Notes: generated from the letters alone by a model not told the origin. A stretch of 64,000 nt of DNA from an uncultured virus (IMG/VR IMGVR_UViG_3300025121_000021) (IMGVR_UViG_3300025121_000021), one strand, 5' to 3'; positions 40,701 through 49,395 are shown, numbered from the stretch's first letter. Program-made: numbers and translations.

Positions 40701-43700
40701 CCCCTTACTCCTTAAGGGACGATTATGGATATGTTCACTCCCGTAAACAATCCAGACATCCCTAAAGACATGGATGTCATTCTCGTGCCCTTCACTGGCC
40801 ATAGATGCCAAGGCGTTGAATTCCTCCTCGGACATCTCGGTCAGCCCACCGTGAGGCGGCTCAGGCGAACGACCTTTCTCGTTCGCGATGAGCACGTTCT
40901 CAGCGATGACGGCGTACTCCCCGCCGAACAGGTGGAACAGGTCACACCTGGTTTGAGGAGCAACTCCGATGTTCCGGAGGTCCTCAATCAGGTCAACCTG
41001 CTTCTCCGTCCGCTTCACAGCGTGGAGGGCCGCCTCATATTTTGCCCAACGCCTATCGTTGAGCAAAGCGAGAGCACCAATGGACCGCAACACCTCGTCA
41101 GTCATGACGAAGGCGTAGAGGCCCATGGTGTCACGAGCCCGGAACCAGCGGAGAAGCTGGCGAGTCGTGAGACTACCGAGCATTTGGTGGTACATATCGT
41201 CCCACAACGCTTTCGCATGGAGACTCGTACCATCCTCAGCTCGGTTGACATATTCCAACCCTCCCTTGTGGAACCGATAACCCTTCATGTGGTTATACAG
41301 TTCGGGGAGGTCGAAGGACTGCACCGCCCGAAGAGTCCGGCGGAAGTACTTCTCGTTGGACTGCACCCCATGCTTGAGGGCAGACACGAGATACCCCGCC
41401 AACTCGTTTCCGAGTGGGGCGTCCTTGTCAGTGGCCAGCGCATCGATGATAGGATCGAGCGCCAACCCTAACTGGCACATGAATTTCGCTGCATCCTCTA
41501 CCTTGACTTTCGCCAAAGTAGGCTCCGCAGTTTCCGCCAATTGGAACGCCTTCGCAACAAAGACACGTTGGAGATACGTGGCCTTGTCATCCTCGACATT
41601 TGTCCAGACTTCGAACTCACGTCCGTAGTCCTCTTGAGTACTCCTACTATAGGAGTTCAGGACTTCCAGACAACGTCCGAACTGGATCTCCGCGTCGATA
41701 GCCTTGAGCATCTGCCAAGGTTCGAGTGGGTTGGAGTTTGTCTCTTCCAGGAAGTTTTGCATCATTTCATTGATGCGCTCCTGGAAGTCGGGATCGTAAC
41801 CATATTTGTTGCCATCAAAAACAACACGGTTACCCTGGTTCTCGATCTCGGTGATCTCCTGATCGGAGAAGATCCTATGCAACCATGCCCGTTTGATTTG
41901 GACATGGTAGATCGAGAGGATGTCCACGACCTCACGGACCAGAGAGACGTTACTCTCTTTGATTATCTTCATCATTGCGATGAAGACTGGCCCGGTGAGT
42001 TTCTCGTTCCAGAGGACACCGAGAGGTGAGTCTCCCAGTTTGGTCTGAATGACCTTGCTGGTTGCCCAAGGCAGCACCTTAAGCAACTCGGAAGCGGTGT
42101 GTTTCTTGAAGCCGAGTACGGCATCATAGAAACGGCGACCGTCATTGGTCTTCGCTCCCAAGATTGCTTCCCTGTGCTGCCAGGGATTCAGCCTCTTGAC
42201 TTGGACGGACTCATCTCCGCCCTCGAAGGAATTCAGGTCCGACAACCAGAACTCCTTCTCGTATTCGACGACAACAAGACGTCCCTTATCATCGTCGATG
42301 TACTTCTTGAACCCACGGACGGTACCAATGATGGCACCAAGTTCGCGGGTCTTCGGATAACACCGAGGAATGTCCCGACAGACACCGTACTCATCGAAGA
42401 GAACTTCGTTGAGCCGGGTGAGATTCCCACGGTGTTCGCGGACGGCAGCGTCGAAGATCGCCTGTTCGTTGGCGTCTTCACTACCTTCCTCAACCTCGTG
42501 AAGGATCTCACTGTTGTCGGGATCTTCCTCGTCGGGAACTTCCGACTTAATGGCGTTAACAACCCGATTCCACGGATTGTTGATGCCTGCCAAGTCACGG
42601 AAGCTCTCATCCCACAGAATGTCAAAGTTGCTCATGGTAATTCTCCTATGAGCGTTAACCCGGTTACCCACCGGGATTGGGTCCTCTTTATGCCCCTCGG
42701 ATTTGAAGGACGGCTTCGTCAATGGCTGCAAACGAGGCGCAACCAATAACTTACCATTCCCCTCGAACACCGTAATCGAGCCTTCCGACTCGCTATGGTG
42801 TCCGATTCCAATCGCCGACATGTTGAGTTCCTCTTTGTAGAGATACTCAAACCTCCGGCTACCGTTCGCTGCCTCGGGACGGTCCGACCACATGTCAATG
42901 GGCCGGATCCAACGTCCATAGTCGCCATACATCTTCATGTAGACGACATACGATTCGCCGAACATCCCCTCGGCAAACCCGAGGACCTGGTATTCGTTAC
43001 CCTTGAAGTGGCGATAGATGCCACCACGGATAACGTCATGCCCTTCCGAGCACAGGTCTAATTCCTCCATATCTAACTCAGCATCGATCATGTTGATCTC
43101 CGACTGAGCGGCTTTGAGGACAACTGGATCTTCAGAGAAGTCCAACTCCCTCTGGAGGAACGTCAACCGCTTTTGAACCTGCTCTTGGCGACTGTCGGTC
43201 GTCACCAAGTACAGGGAGCGGTGTCCCTCGGAGGCCAGGACTGCGTCCTGATACTTACCATTCCTACGATGGGCTTCGTACCAGGCTTCAGCCTTCTTCC
43301 AGGAGAGGTCACGGACGACCAGACCTTGCCTGGTCCATCCGGACACACCTGCCCGGAAGTTCATCCAAGCGTCCGCAGCCACTTCGCTGCTGCCACGCAG
43401 GATGTGGCCAATCTCGTGGAGGAGGTCAGCCACGTTGGCGTCGGCGCGGTAGTAAGCAATGCCACCGGTCAGCCTGGCGGGAGCGTCAATGCTCTCGCTG
43501 TGCTTGAAGGTGACGTTGTACTTCCTGCCCAGGCGGTTGGCATTGGCCTGAAGTTTGGCCACGGCCTTGGCCTCAACCTTCTTGGCGAAGGTGAGGTTGG
43601 CGACGGCCTTCTCCCAAGACTGACGAGCCTTGGTGAAAGCCAGGGCCAAACCCTTGACTTCCGTCTTCCTTTGACGGAGGCAGATCAAGAGCTTCCTGGT

Positions 43701-44558
43701 CTTTGTCAAGGCCAGGGTATTGACCCTGATCTCCCTGCGGAGATTGACCACCTTCTTCTCGGCTTTGATCATGCCGAGGTCGTCGTACCAGGCGTTGGCG
43801 AACTCCTGGACAGCGATTTCCTTGGCATTGACCAGAGCACTCTTGCTCTCCTCAACGCCAATGGTCAGGGACTTGACCATGGCCATGGTCTCCCTGATTT
43901 TGGAAGAGATCTTGGGCAAGGTAGTGCCGGAGACCTCCAGGTTGATGGAAGTCATATCCATGACTTCTTTGATCTTGACGGTGTCGCCGGTTTGCGGATT
44001 GCGAACGGTTCGGGCGGCCCTCTTCTTCACCGTCCAGGTACCGAAGCCGGGATTGGTGAACCGCTTTGTCACCTTGGCGAGGTTAACCTCGCCCCCCCAG
44101 GTGAGGGTGGGGAGGGCGGCGACCATCTTCATCACCTTGGTGATCTTCTGGGTGCTCTTGACGCTGCTGATGCGTCGTTGACGCCTCACCCAGCGGCTCT
44201 CTTTCGTGATCTTGGAGGCCGGGATGACCTCCTTGATCACGGTCTTGGAGGCCGGGATGTCGATAACCGCGCCGGTCTGGGGATTCCTGCTGCGCCGTCG
44301 CATGATCTGGTCTTGGGCCTTAGCCCTCAACCAGATTTCGTTCTCGATATCCTTCCAGGTGTGGCACGCCTTGGTCAACGTTATCATGTGGCCACGGCTG
44401 ACACTTAACCCGTTGAGAGCCGCAATGGCTCTCTTCACCTTGACCCAACTCCGGACCGAGGCCCGGGTGTCGAACAGGACGTCGCACACTTCGTTGATCA
44501 CGGTCTTGGTCAGACCGTGATGTTTAAGGGTGTTACTTAAGACTAATTGCTGGTTCAT
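34776..44558 (-). CDS. ~3260-aa polyvalent protein/polyprotein: HU-like arms, HExxH peptidase, DUF1653, two large unknown domains, GNAT-like, CCA-adding+HD, PcfJ-like, second HExxH peptidase; punctuated by SEGH
   Basis: GGAGG SD before ATG 44558; RNPQTG twice and PGFGTW; LHEIGH; YRHFKGNEYQV; GGAVID..KDWDIE, RRDLTIN, EDPLRVLR, HPEGD, LHDVGKP; GSEMRHCLGSY; FHEVGH; 8 x SEGH. Confidence 0.85.
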   Translation of the reverse strand: MNQQLVLSNTLKHHGLTKTVINEVCDVLFDTRASVRSWVKVKRAIAALNGLSVSRGHMITLTKACHTWKDIENEIWLRAKAQDQIMRRRSRNPQTGAVIDIPASKTVIKEVIPASKITKESRWVRRQRRISSVKSTQKITKVMKMVAALPTLTWGGEVNLAKVTKRFTNPGFGTWTVKKRAARTVRNPQTGDTVKIKEVMDMTSINLEVSGTTLPKISSKIRETMAMVKSLTIGVEESKSALVNAKEIAVQEFANAWYDDLGMIKAEKKVVNLRREIRVNTLALTKTRKLLICLRQRKTEVKGLALAFTKARQSWEKAVANLTFAKKVEAKAVAKLQANANRLGRKYNVTFKHSESIDAPARLTGGIAYYRADANVADLLHEIGHILRGSSEVAADAWMNFRAGVSGWTRQGLVVRDLSWKKAEAWYEAHRRNGKYQDAVLASEGHRSLYLVTTDSRQEQVQKRLTFLQRELDFSEDPVVLKAAQSEINMIDAELDMEELDLCSEGHDVIRGGIYRHFKGNEYQVLGFAEGMFGESYVVYMKMYGDYGRWIRPIDMWSDRPEAANGSRRFEYLYKEELNMSAIGIGHHSESEGSITVFEGNGKLLVAPRLQPLTKPSFKSEGHKEDPIPVGNRVNAHRRITMSNFDILWDESFRDLAGINNPWNRVVNAIKSEVPDEEDPDNSEILHEVEEGSEDANEQAIFDAAVREHRGNLTRLNEVLFDEYGVCRDIPRCYPKTRELGAIIGTVRGFKKYIDDDKGRLVVVEYEKEFWLSDLNSFEGGDESVQVKRLNPWQHREAILGAKTNDGRRFYDAVLGFKKHTASELLKVLPWATSKVIQTKLGDSPLGVLWNEKLTGPVFIAMMKIIKESNVSLVREVVDILSIYHVQIKRAWLHRIFSDQEITEIENQGNRVVFDGNKYGYDPDFQERINEMMQNFLEETNSNPLEPWQMLKAIDAEIQFGRCLEVLNSYSRSTQEDYGREFEVWTNVEDDKATYLQRVFVAKAFQLAETAEPTLAKVKVEDAAKFMCQLGLALDPIIDALATDKDAPLGNELAGYLVSALKHGVQSNEKYFRRTLRAVQSFDLPELYNHMKGYRFHKGGLEYVNRAEDGTSLHAKALWDDMYHQMLGSLTTRQLLRWFRARDTMGLYAFVMTDEVLRSIGALALLNDRRWAKYEAALHAVKRTEKQVDLIEDLRNIGVAPQTRCDLFHLFGGEYAVIAENVLIANEKGRSPEPPHGGLTEMSEEEFNALASMASEGHENDIHVFRDVWIVYGSEHIHNRPLRSKGLSKEDIEEIDSPLDTVTPGQQIALVWQKGIVLNPSLELRDYILSEIKRTDEYLCPSETRATVVSAIYSYYIPGLTNGIYTTQNLSSEYIDWLIAEGYNGSNLGCWFNIEKASKIDSPISRRKYLGIAKMLRETFHWATTPLQGEKVLEMSLSFLDDHLVAWQAMQMYSELERIFLAGTLLHAGLPLETLGDISRVEILSIRNLISWGTDGQLPQSVLAYKRALNWRDNPHHVEAYWMNTFGRVPQAKAIIDGIRDRKEIVALKSNWRFFQFGWKSLLEDNQTAIVARMLSKYAKYGKEGVDLFLSRIHDVGVQTMETEVYLLEKKEIFQLYWKFRNCSKLDWLQPLRSWTEDIPIEEYLLLKKEDLQAEICRKGVENSYGKVVPELLPLATEAYQAGVSDFNTLTQYWFNKSPVKSIPWVNVSEGTYTLKTLDVNDPRGPFLGRYTGCCQSYEGFASECAIHGMASKDGCFWVVFNSKRLVAQAWVWVSNRILVIDNIEGASGDPTVYDLFKRAVKSVRADGIGAVYCGLGYNKYSEKLQEEYQVTRLPVSAPVNYTDTAEGVVKLASEGHQDINFDLIVRIEELAYPEFMRSYKAEEFSLEGICEYLECEPSEILAMTEGDSAYLLGSIQGDEAEIADLAKIPGSPSSCVARLITRCMRVLKQNNVKTVTMDCRSTSSPIVKSLVNRMGLTMTEETWDWEGEEMTEITVSMASEGHDEDFGVDLGDVEVLLQDLWSVKAKTLLIGGAVIDRIQGRQIKDWDIEVYGLSMKQLQDYLEEWGYKADMVGAAFGIIKVKVGTTDIDLNVPRLENRCGVGHKGFQVELLPNLTPEEAGKRRDLTINSMYVNLHTGEVVDHFGGMKDLNEGILRATCAETFIEDPLRVLRIMQLLPRKGKKVASETIELCRSMQSEYPTLPKERIFEEFKKLLLKANKPSMGLEFLKDCGWIKWFLALEALIGCQQNPEHHPEGDAWVHTLMVLDNAAILKDQVPEPWKLAYMFGAMLHDVGKPQTTDRETLTAYGHDQVGIPIARQFMESMTNEVDLINKVELIVGNHMMPGQFHQSGAGVAAWRRLHNRIRLDVIGLMSKADSCGRKGYSLNDPHIPSQMAFGYFESFGEGKIEPILMGRHLVSRGYKQGKEMGLILKRAYEHQIETGETDVNKLFNAGISLNSEGHQISKIIEQLNKHGLFIGDEHPNTPTPPEQANVKYWALCMYTHLRNTRYYWFPICEGQKESCLEDQVKALTDKDIPLYKILVLLEKDIYVDLTTSNLEQKDFFGHWRHKDLGHNPMVRNKNSYYIGMKKDKEKGRLPKDFPLIRTFHIKWAASILNSFSPLSFKELLQVSCRTQKPFKDCYVAMWDLDYPTDLLKVPAGYARWLIDTVALRDSLYASNKMPFGKHAPKNIEKLRFLPIPSIDIPSEALNSRHDYYVWLLTNSTRYYDLSSDYSLLTPREIRATVIGLKVISSKTAYKQFCNEVLHVKAIPSMKKMDMLIRFIKDGAQLLNDDIPGTRRYNGSPVRILETAIWNHQRAIENDLSTNIPMPNEVMPCNKTLPPSWEDLRIKTKLDMVKIGSEMRHCLGSYKDSRDLFFRKGTVCAQVSVQTGKVVQCFDMSNRITSASKDFAQQLKKVKKYIVDPNTPQIKDKIDEDEDFLDEDFYSEGHMDSTLDQEIFEAWTEWSRSRNYHGSEGLSPEEILALKQELNKLGENDPITIDMARSLADDYGFRVRINSYLTLCDGAYNPAMRTIDLATDPTKRILFHEVGHHLDRLANHYWRQDFTTDSETPESVGILELIAEMWAVAMCQRYTDESKIYQTALWRNYNVIRHYKVRGKLMVLPPFVNVKPQWDRVKDLLVSAKKQHITVFMAAKILNEMDYNNILKQTSTSTDTEYNAAPSPHPSSRSVTSPRFSFNRSSLAGARSSLSYTYRAETLPIRSVSNPTKKKSSKTQKEKPALARWRSLAEKVKALLGYSSLT

Positions 44559-44580
44559 ATTTCCTCCATAAAGAGGGTTG

Positions 44581-44955
44581 ACTTCTGGCCCCGAACCATT
44601 AGGTACCCAGAAGTTTGGGCATCTTGTGCCCGCCGGGGTTATGGACTCCCGGCAGCCTCGTGATTCTGGCTCACGTCGCCCTGTTTCGGATTCTCCACCG
44701 CTCATCATGAGGGAGAAATCCGCAACCACTCCTCCTTGAGTGGAGATATATGAGACGATTTTTTCTTCGGGGTTCGTCTCAAGCCCCTATTTTTCACCAG
44801 GAAGAGGGGGTAAGACCTAAGATGAGTGACTAGACGGTCTCACTCACCCTCCCTTCCCGGTGAAAACGTGGGGTTACTCTCATGCCTCTCCGGTAGCGCC
44901 CCAAAACTTCCGGAGAGAGGGGGGTGGGCATCGAACGCCGATGTTTCTCACCCTC
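44581..44955. other. GC-rich array of about ten hairpins upstream of the polyprotein gene
   Basis: Examples: ACTTCTGG/CCAGAAGT, GGGCA/TGCCC, GCCGGG/CCCGGC, CCACTC/GAGTGG, TGAGACGA/TCGTCTCA, TTTTCACC/GGTGAAAA, TGAGTGA/TCACTCA, CTCTCCGG/CCGGAGAG, CATCG/CGATG. Confidence 0.7.
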
Positions 44956-45183
44956 ATACTTCACTGGGTACTCCTTCTAAATTATTTCCAGATTTATTTT
45001 CATATAGGAAAATTACAGATTCTTCCCCTTCTAAATTTATTTCAAACTTTATTTTCCGTAGGAATTTTTCACTCATGGGATCCTTCTCTAAAAGCATTCC
45101 ATCCATGTAATTTGAATCTTGCCTCTCTCTATTTTCATTCATTCCCTACACTTGGGAATATCAAAAAATATTTTTCCTGGGTA

Positions 45184-45212
45184 TTTACTTTATAAGGGCG
45201 ATTTAGTATAAT
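45184..45212 (+). promoter_or_regulatory. Sigma70-type promoter at the start of the plus-strand gene run
   Basis: TTTACT-N17-TATAAT about 30 nt upstream of ORF 45244. Confidence 0.55.
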
Positions 45213-45243
45213 ATTTACAATTGAACAACACTTAAGTAAACAT

Positions 45244-45885
45244 ATGACAACAGAACTTGCGAATTCTACAAATCTTGAAGGGACAATAACTGCTTCAACT
45301 TTTACCAATAGTCCCCTCTGGACAGTATATGAGCATCCTCAGACAACAGCAGCAGAAGGTTATACAATAACTGGAACAACAGAGGACTATTCCCAAACTT
45401 ATATAACAGGAGATCTCGTAATAGCTGCAGGCGACACTAACGCGATGAGCGCAGCAAGAATGCAATATATTTATATTGATGGTACTAATAGTGGAATCGG
45501 TGCAGAAAGATATCCTTTTATTTATCAAGATGTGAATGGCGTCGAAACAGTTAACCTTAGAAGTTTCAATGCTACAAATTACTTAGCGAGGATGACAGAA
45601 AAAGAAACTGAAGTATTACTTGCCACTATGCCTGCAAAAATGCGTATTGCCTATTTTGAGATTAAGAAACATTTAATCGCTGGAGTATTAGTAGTAGAAC
45701 GAAAATATACAGATCTTCTCTTTGCTTTACTAGGTTTGATTGGGTTTGTTCAAAACTTCAATAATATTGGTTACGAGAAGCAGCACTTGTTTTCTATTGT
45801 TACGGGGCTAGTTACTACCGACGAAACATTTGTGAAAACCTTATATAAAATTGCTTTCAATGAAATAGAAGAGGAAATATTATGA
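45244..45885 (+). CDS. Hypothetical protein
   Basis: 213-aa ORF, first of the plus-strand run; stop overlaps the next start (ATGA). Confidence 0.6.
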   Translation: MTTELANSTNLEGTITASTFTNSPLWTVYEHPQTTAAEGYTITGTTEDYSQTYITGDLVIAAGDTNAMSAARMQYIYIDGTNSGIGAERYPFIYQDVNGVETVNLRSFNATNYLARMTEKETEVLLATMPAKMRIAYFEIKKHLIAGVLVVERKYTDLLFALLGLIGFVQNFNNIGYEKQHLFSIVTGLVTTDETFVKTLYKIAFNEIEEEIL

Positions 45886-46334
45886 TGTTATATTTATCCA
45901 TGTCGATGGGAGGTTTTGCTGAACCTCATCCTTTTGTTGAGTTTATTGAATCTGCTTTTCAGAGAGATTGTGCGATTTATAATCCTCGTTTAACATTAAA
46001 AGAAAATTGCACTCGATCTGTGTTGTTTGCTAATGTCATGAAAGATTCTCCTTTTATTGAACAAGAAACTCTCTATCCTAAAGATACTAGTCTGATCCAG
46101 GAATATCAACAGCATCTTATAGATCTATCAAATGTCTTTATTGTCGAACTAGATAGGATGTCTCAAGGATCTAAATACCTAGAAATCGCATATGCTAGGT
46201 CTAAAGATATTCCTATCGTTGGGATACTAGATACCATGACTATTACACCTTGGGTTTGGAATTCAGTCGGTTATGTATGTAAATTACAAAACGCACCGAA
46301 GCTCATTCAACTAATTCTTAATGACATGTTATAA
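45882..46334 (+). CDS. Nucleoside 2-deoxyribosyltransferase-like protein
   Basis: YLSMSMGG, IYNP, SQGSKYLEIAYARSKDIPIV. Confidence 0.55.
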   Translation: MMLYLSMSMGGFAEPHPFVEFIESAFQRDCAIYNPRLTLKENCTRSVLFANVMKDSPFIEQETLYPKDTSLIQEYQQHLIDLSNVFIVELDRMSQGSKYLEIAYARSKDIPIVGILDTMTITPWVWNSVGYVCKLQNAPKLIQLILNDML

Positions 46335-46357
46335 TAAAAAGAAAAACAGAGGTTTGT

Positions 46358-46720
46358 ATGCGATTTTATGAGTTTTTCCGAGATAGAAGAGAACAGATAG
46401 AACCTGTATTAAAAGACTTTGCAGAATTAGTGGGGATGGATACTGGTAATCTTTCTAAACTAGAGAGAGGATTAATTGACCCTCCTAAGTGGCCTAATGT
46501 TTTAAATAGACATGCCGAAGCTCTCCAGTTAAGACCTTTAACTCCAGAATGGTATTTATTCTTTGATTTAGCCTATGCAGAAAATGGGCGCATACCATCT
46601 GATTGTTTATCAGAAGAAATATTTGATTGGTTGCCCACTCTTTTTTGTTTATTCCGTGGTCATAAAGTAGAAGATGAGAAATATAAAGAATTCGTAAAAT
46701 TTCTAGGCCGGAATCAATGA
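46358..46720 (+). CDS. XRE-family HTH protein
   Basis: LKDFAELVGMDTGNLSKLERG. Confidence 0.75.
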   Translation: MRFYEFFRDRREQIEPVLKDFAELVGMDTGNLSKLERGLIDPPKWPNVLNRHAEALQLRPLTPEWYLFFDLAYAENGRIPSDCLSEEIFDWLPTLFCLFRGHKVEDEKYKEFVKFLGRNQ

Positions 46721-47713
46721 AATGGGATTTGAGAATGGCTATCAAGATGGAGATTCTGTAACTCTCAAACTTTTATACGAACATCAATATACTCTCTGCA
46801 AGTTTAAGACTCTAGAATTCACTGAAGATGATAATATCTGTATTGGGATCGGACGCCCTACCGGAGTTAGTTTTGGGTTTCTCACAACAATTATGCCCGA
46901 AAAAAATCATTCATCTTATTTAGATGAAACGTATAGTGTTGTAATAGTAAAACAAGTCGGCGAAGACACTCTCTATAAGATTGCTTCAGAAATTTTAATT
47001 TCTGATCCTAATGGAGACCCCATCCGATTAAGAGACTTTACTTCTATCGGAGAAATAATGTTTCTTGGAAAATGTTTTTCTCCTTGGCTTCCTTATAATT
47101 GCGTATCTCCCGTTTGGTCTTGGAACGGTCAAGAAGTTGGGCAAGTGAAAAGTTTAACATTATTATTTAAATCTTTTCAACTTAATGCTAAAAGCATCTC
47201 TGGGTTTATGACTGTTAAAGATTATAATTTCGGCAATTTTGTCTGTATTGGAGATATAGATATCAAATACTCAATGGATTTTGGATATTTGCATTTAGAG
47301 AATGTAGTTTTAAGAAAAATAGATACAGATGAACAAATTGTCTATTCTAGACAGATCCAAAAAAATGAAACTTATAATTTTACAGCTAACCTATTATTGG
47401 CAGAAAGTGAATAAATGGAAGATCTACATTATATAGAATATTTAAGAAAAAAGTTAGAAGGACAAACTCCTAAAGACTTATTAGAAGAATTAATACTAAA
47501 ACAACCTCATAGTGAAAGATTCAGTACTTTGTACAAGGGAAACAAAAAATGCCAACTTGTAAAAGTAGTATATAATCATTACTCTATGATGGATATTGGC
47601 GCATCTGTATATTTTACGTGGTTAGACGAGAAATATAAAGGATATACCTGTAAAGATCTATTCAAAGAACTAACAAAAGACAGAGAAGAATATCAAGAAT
47701 TATATAGGTTATT

Positions 47714-48505
47714 ATGTCAGAATTAAATGAAGAGACTTTTGGAGTAAATGCTTTAGTAACAACTACTGAAGATCCTCATCCTCATTCTCCAGAATACTAT
47801 CAAGCAATAAAAGAAATAGAAGCGGGCAAATATGCCGATATAAGTCTTACTAAAGAAGAAGTAAGAAGAATAAAGGTTTCTATAGCAAGAATGTCCACAG
47901 GAGTATTTGCTTCTTTACCTCTTACTTGTCTAGGCGAAAAATGTCCACATGTATCTGATTGCCCCCTTTATGAGATAAATAAACTCCCTATAGGAAGAAA
48001 ATGCCTCATAGAACTAAACATGATAGAAGACTTCTATAAGAGATATATAATCGAATTTGATATTCAACCAGGAGAATTCGCGCAATTATCTTTAATAGAT
48101 GATTTAGTAACCATAGATATTCTCTTAAAGAGAGCTTATAACTCCTTAGGAAATCCTGATATGCGTCAAGCTCAATTCCGACATCTAGGATTAGAAGATC
48201 ACGAAATTCCCATTAGAGAGTTCCAAGATGGAACTATCATGACAACTATGGAAACAGAGATAGGAAGAACCTATGAATTAGCCACTCATCCTTTATTATC
48301 TCTTATTGATAAACTGACCAATAAGAAACAAAAGATTTTGAGTAGTCTTGTAGGGACTCCACAAGAAAAGTACAAGCGCGATGCAGCCTTAAAACAGAAG
48401 AAAGATAGTGATGCTTCTAAGAATATGACTGCAATGAGAGAATCACTTAATAAGATATTGGAATCAAAACAAATAGATGCTGTTTCCTCAACTTATACAG
48501 AATAA
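47714..48505 (+). CDS. Hypothetical protein with a Cys cluster; candidate terminase small subunit
   Basis: CxxxxCPxxxxCP...C cluster, helical C-terminus with HPLL, upstream of terL; function inferred from position only. Confidence 0.3.
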   Translation: MSELNEETFGVNALVTTTEDPHPHSPEYYQAIKEIEAGKYADISLTKEEVRRIKVSIARMSTGVFASLPLTCLGEKCPHVSDCPLYEINKLPIGRKCLIELNMIEDFYKRYIIEFDIQPGEFAQLSLIDDLVTIDILLKRAYNSLGNPDMRQAQFRHLGLEDHEIPIREFQDGTIMTTMETEIGRTYELATHPLLSLIDKLTNKKQKILSSLVGTPQEKYKRDAALKQKKDSDASKNMTAMRESLNKILESKQIDAVSSTYTE

Positions 48506-49394
48506 GCTCTATCAACATGAGCGGGATCAAAGAGACTATTATCCTATTAGAGCAACCGAAAGATTTGGTGCATCTTCGATTGGATATAGTCTTGGAGCTA
48601 TTCGAGGGCAATTAAGTGGTGGTGGTTCTTATGCTAGTGCGTTTTCACGCCAAGGACAAGGTCAACAGGATGAACCTTTGTCTGAAGCCGCCTTAGGAAC
48701 GACACTCCATAGGTTTTATGAAGGTTTATTCCTAAAACAAGGTACTGCTCAAAGTGTCGAAGATTTCTCATATTACTATGAAGGTGGGATCGTCGGAACT
48801 TCAGACTACCAAACTAAAGCAGGTATTTTAGGAGACGTAAAATCTCTTAATGCCGGTAGTATGGAAAATTTGTTTCGGTATGGTCCTTCTAAGTCAGGTA
48901 TCGCGCAAACAAATTATTATGCTGGAAGAATGGGATATCCTAATACGCAGCTTATGTATACTTTGCAAGATAATCCTGCCGTTAGAATTGGCATTAATAC
49001 TAAGTTCGATCCAGAACTTTATAAAAAATCTGTAGAGAAAGTACAGAGAGCAAGAGAGCAAGTTGAGACAGAGCAAGACCTATATGGGGTTAAGAAATAT
49101 AGTCCCGGTAGAATGTCAGTCAAACAGTTGACAGAAACTTCTAGAGAAGAAACATATACTGCTCAAGCTAATTTAGAAGATCAGGCGTATCTATATTTTC
49201 ATCAATTTCAAAATACAAGAATGCAAAGACGATTAAAACAATCTGGTATGCAAATATCACAAGAAGAGTTGGTCGCCAGGCAAGTTCAAAGTTGGTATAA
49301 TGAAGAGATAGGGAATACAGCAGGGTTACCAATAGCATTATGGGAAAATCGCAACAAATTCCAACCAAATTCTTCTTTTTCTTTAAGCGAGTAA
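48477..49394 (+). CDS. PD-(D/E)XK (Cas4/RecB-like) nuclease-domain protein
   Basis: GTTLHRFYE, GTSD, GDVKS, QTNYY. Confidence 0.6.
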   Translation: MLFPQLIQNKLYQHERDQRDYYPIRATERFGASSIGYSLGAIRGQLSGGGSYASAFSRQGQGQQDEPLSEAALGTTLHRFYEGLFLKQGTAQSVEDFSYYYEGGIVGTSDYQTKAGILGDVKSLNAGSMENLFRYGPSKSGIAQTNYYAGRMGYPNTQLMYTLQDNPAVRIGINTKFDPELYKKSVEKVQRAREQVETEQDLYGVKKYSPGRMSVKQLTETSREETYTAQANLEDQAYLYFHQFQNTRMQRRLKQSGMQISQEELVARQVQSWYNEEIGNTAGLPIALWENRNKFQPNSSFSLSE

Positions 49395-49395
49395 T

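Noticed and set aside
43173..44408. 411-aa plus-strand ORF and other long antisense ORFs between 37.5 and 44.5 kb
   Set aside because: Shadows of the GC3-rich polyprotein frame; no recognisable motifs.
34776..44558. Reverse transcriptase within the giant ORF or elsewhere in the window
   Set aside because: No YxDD with RT-type upstream motifs was recognised in any listed ORF.
44559..44729. Extended polyprotein start at 44729 as given in the ORF track
   Set aside because: The extension runs through the hairpin array. ATG 44558 has a well-spaced GGAGG SD and is preferred, though the upstream GTG is not strictly excluded.
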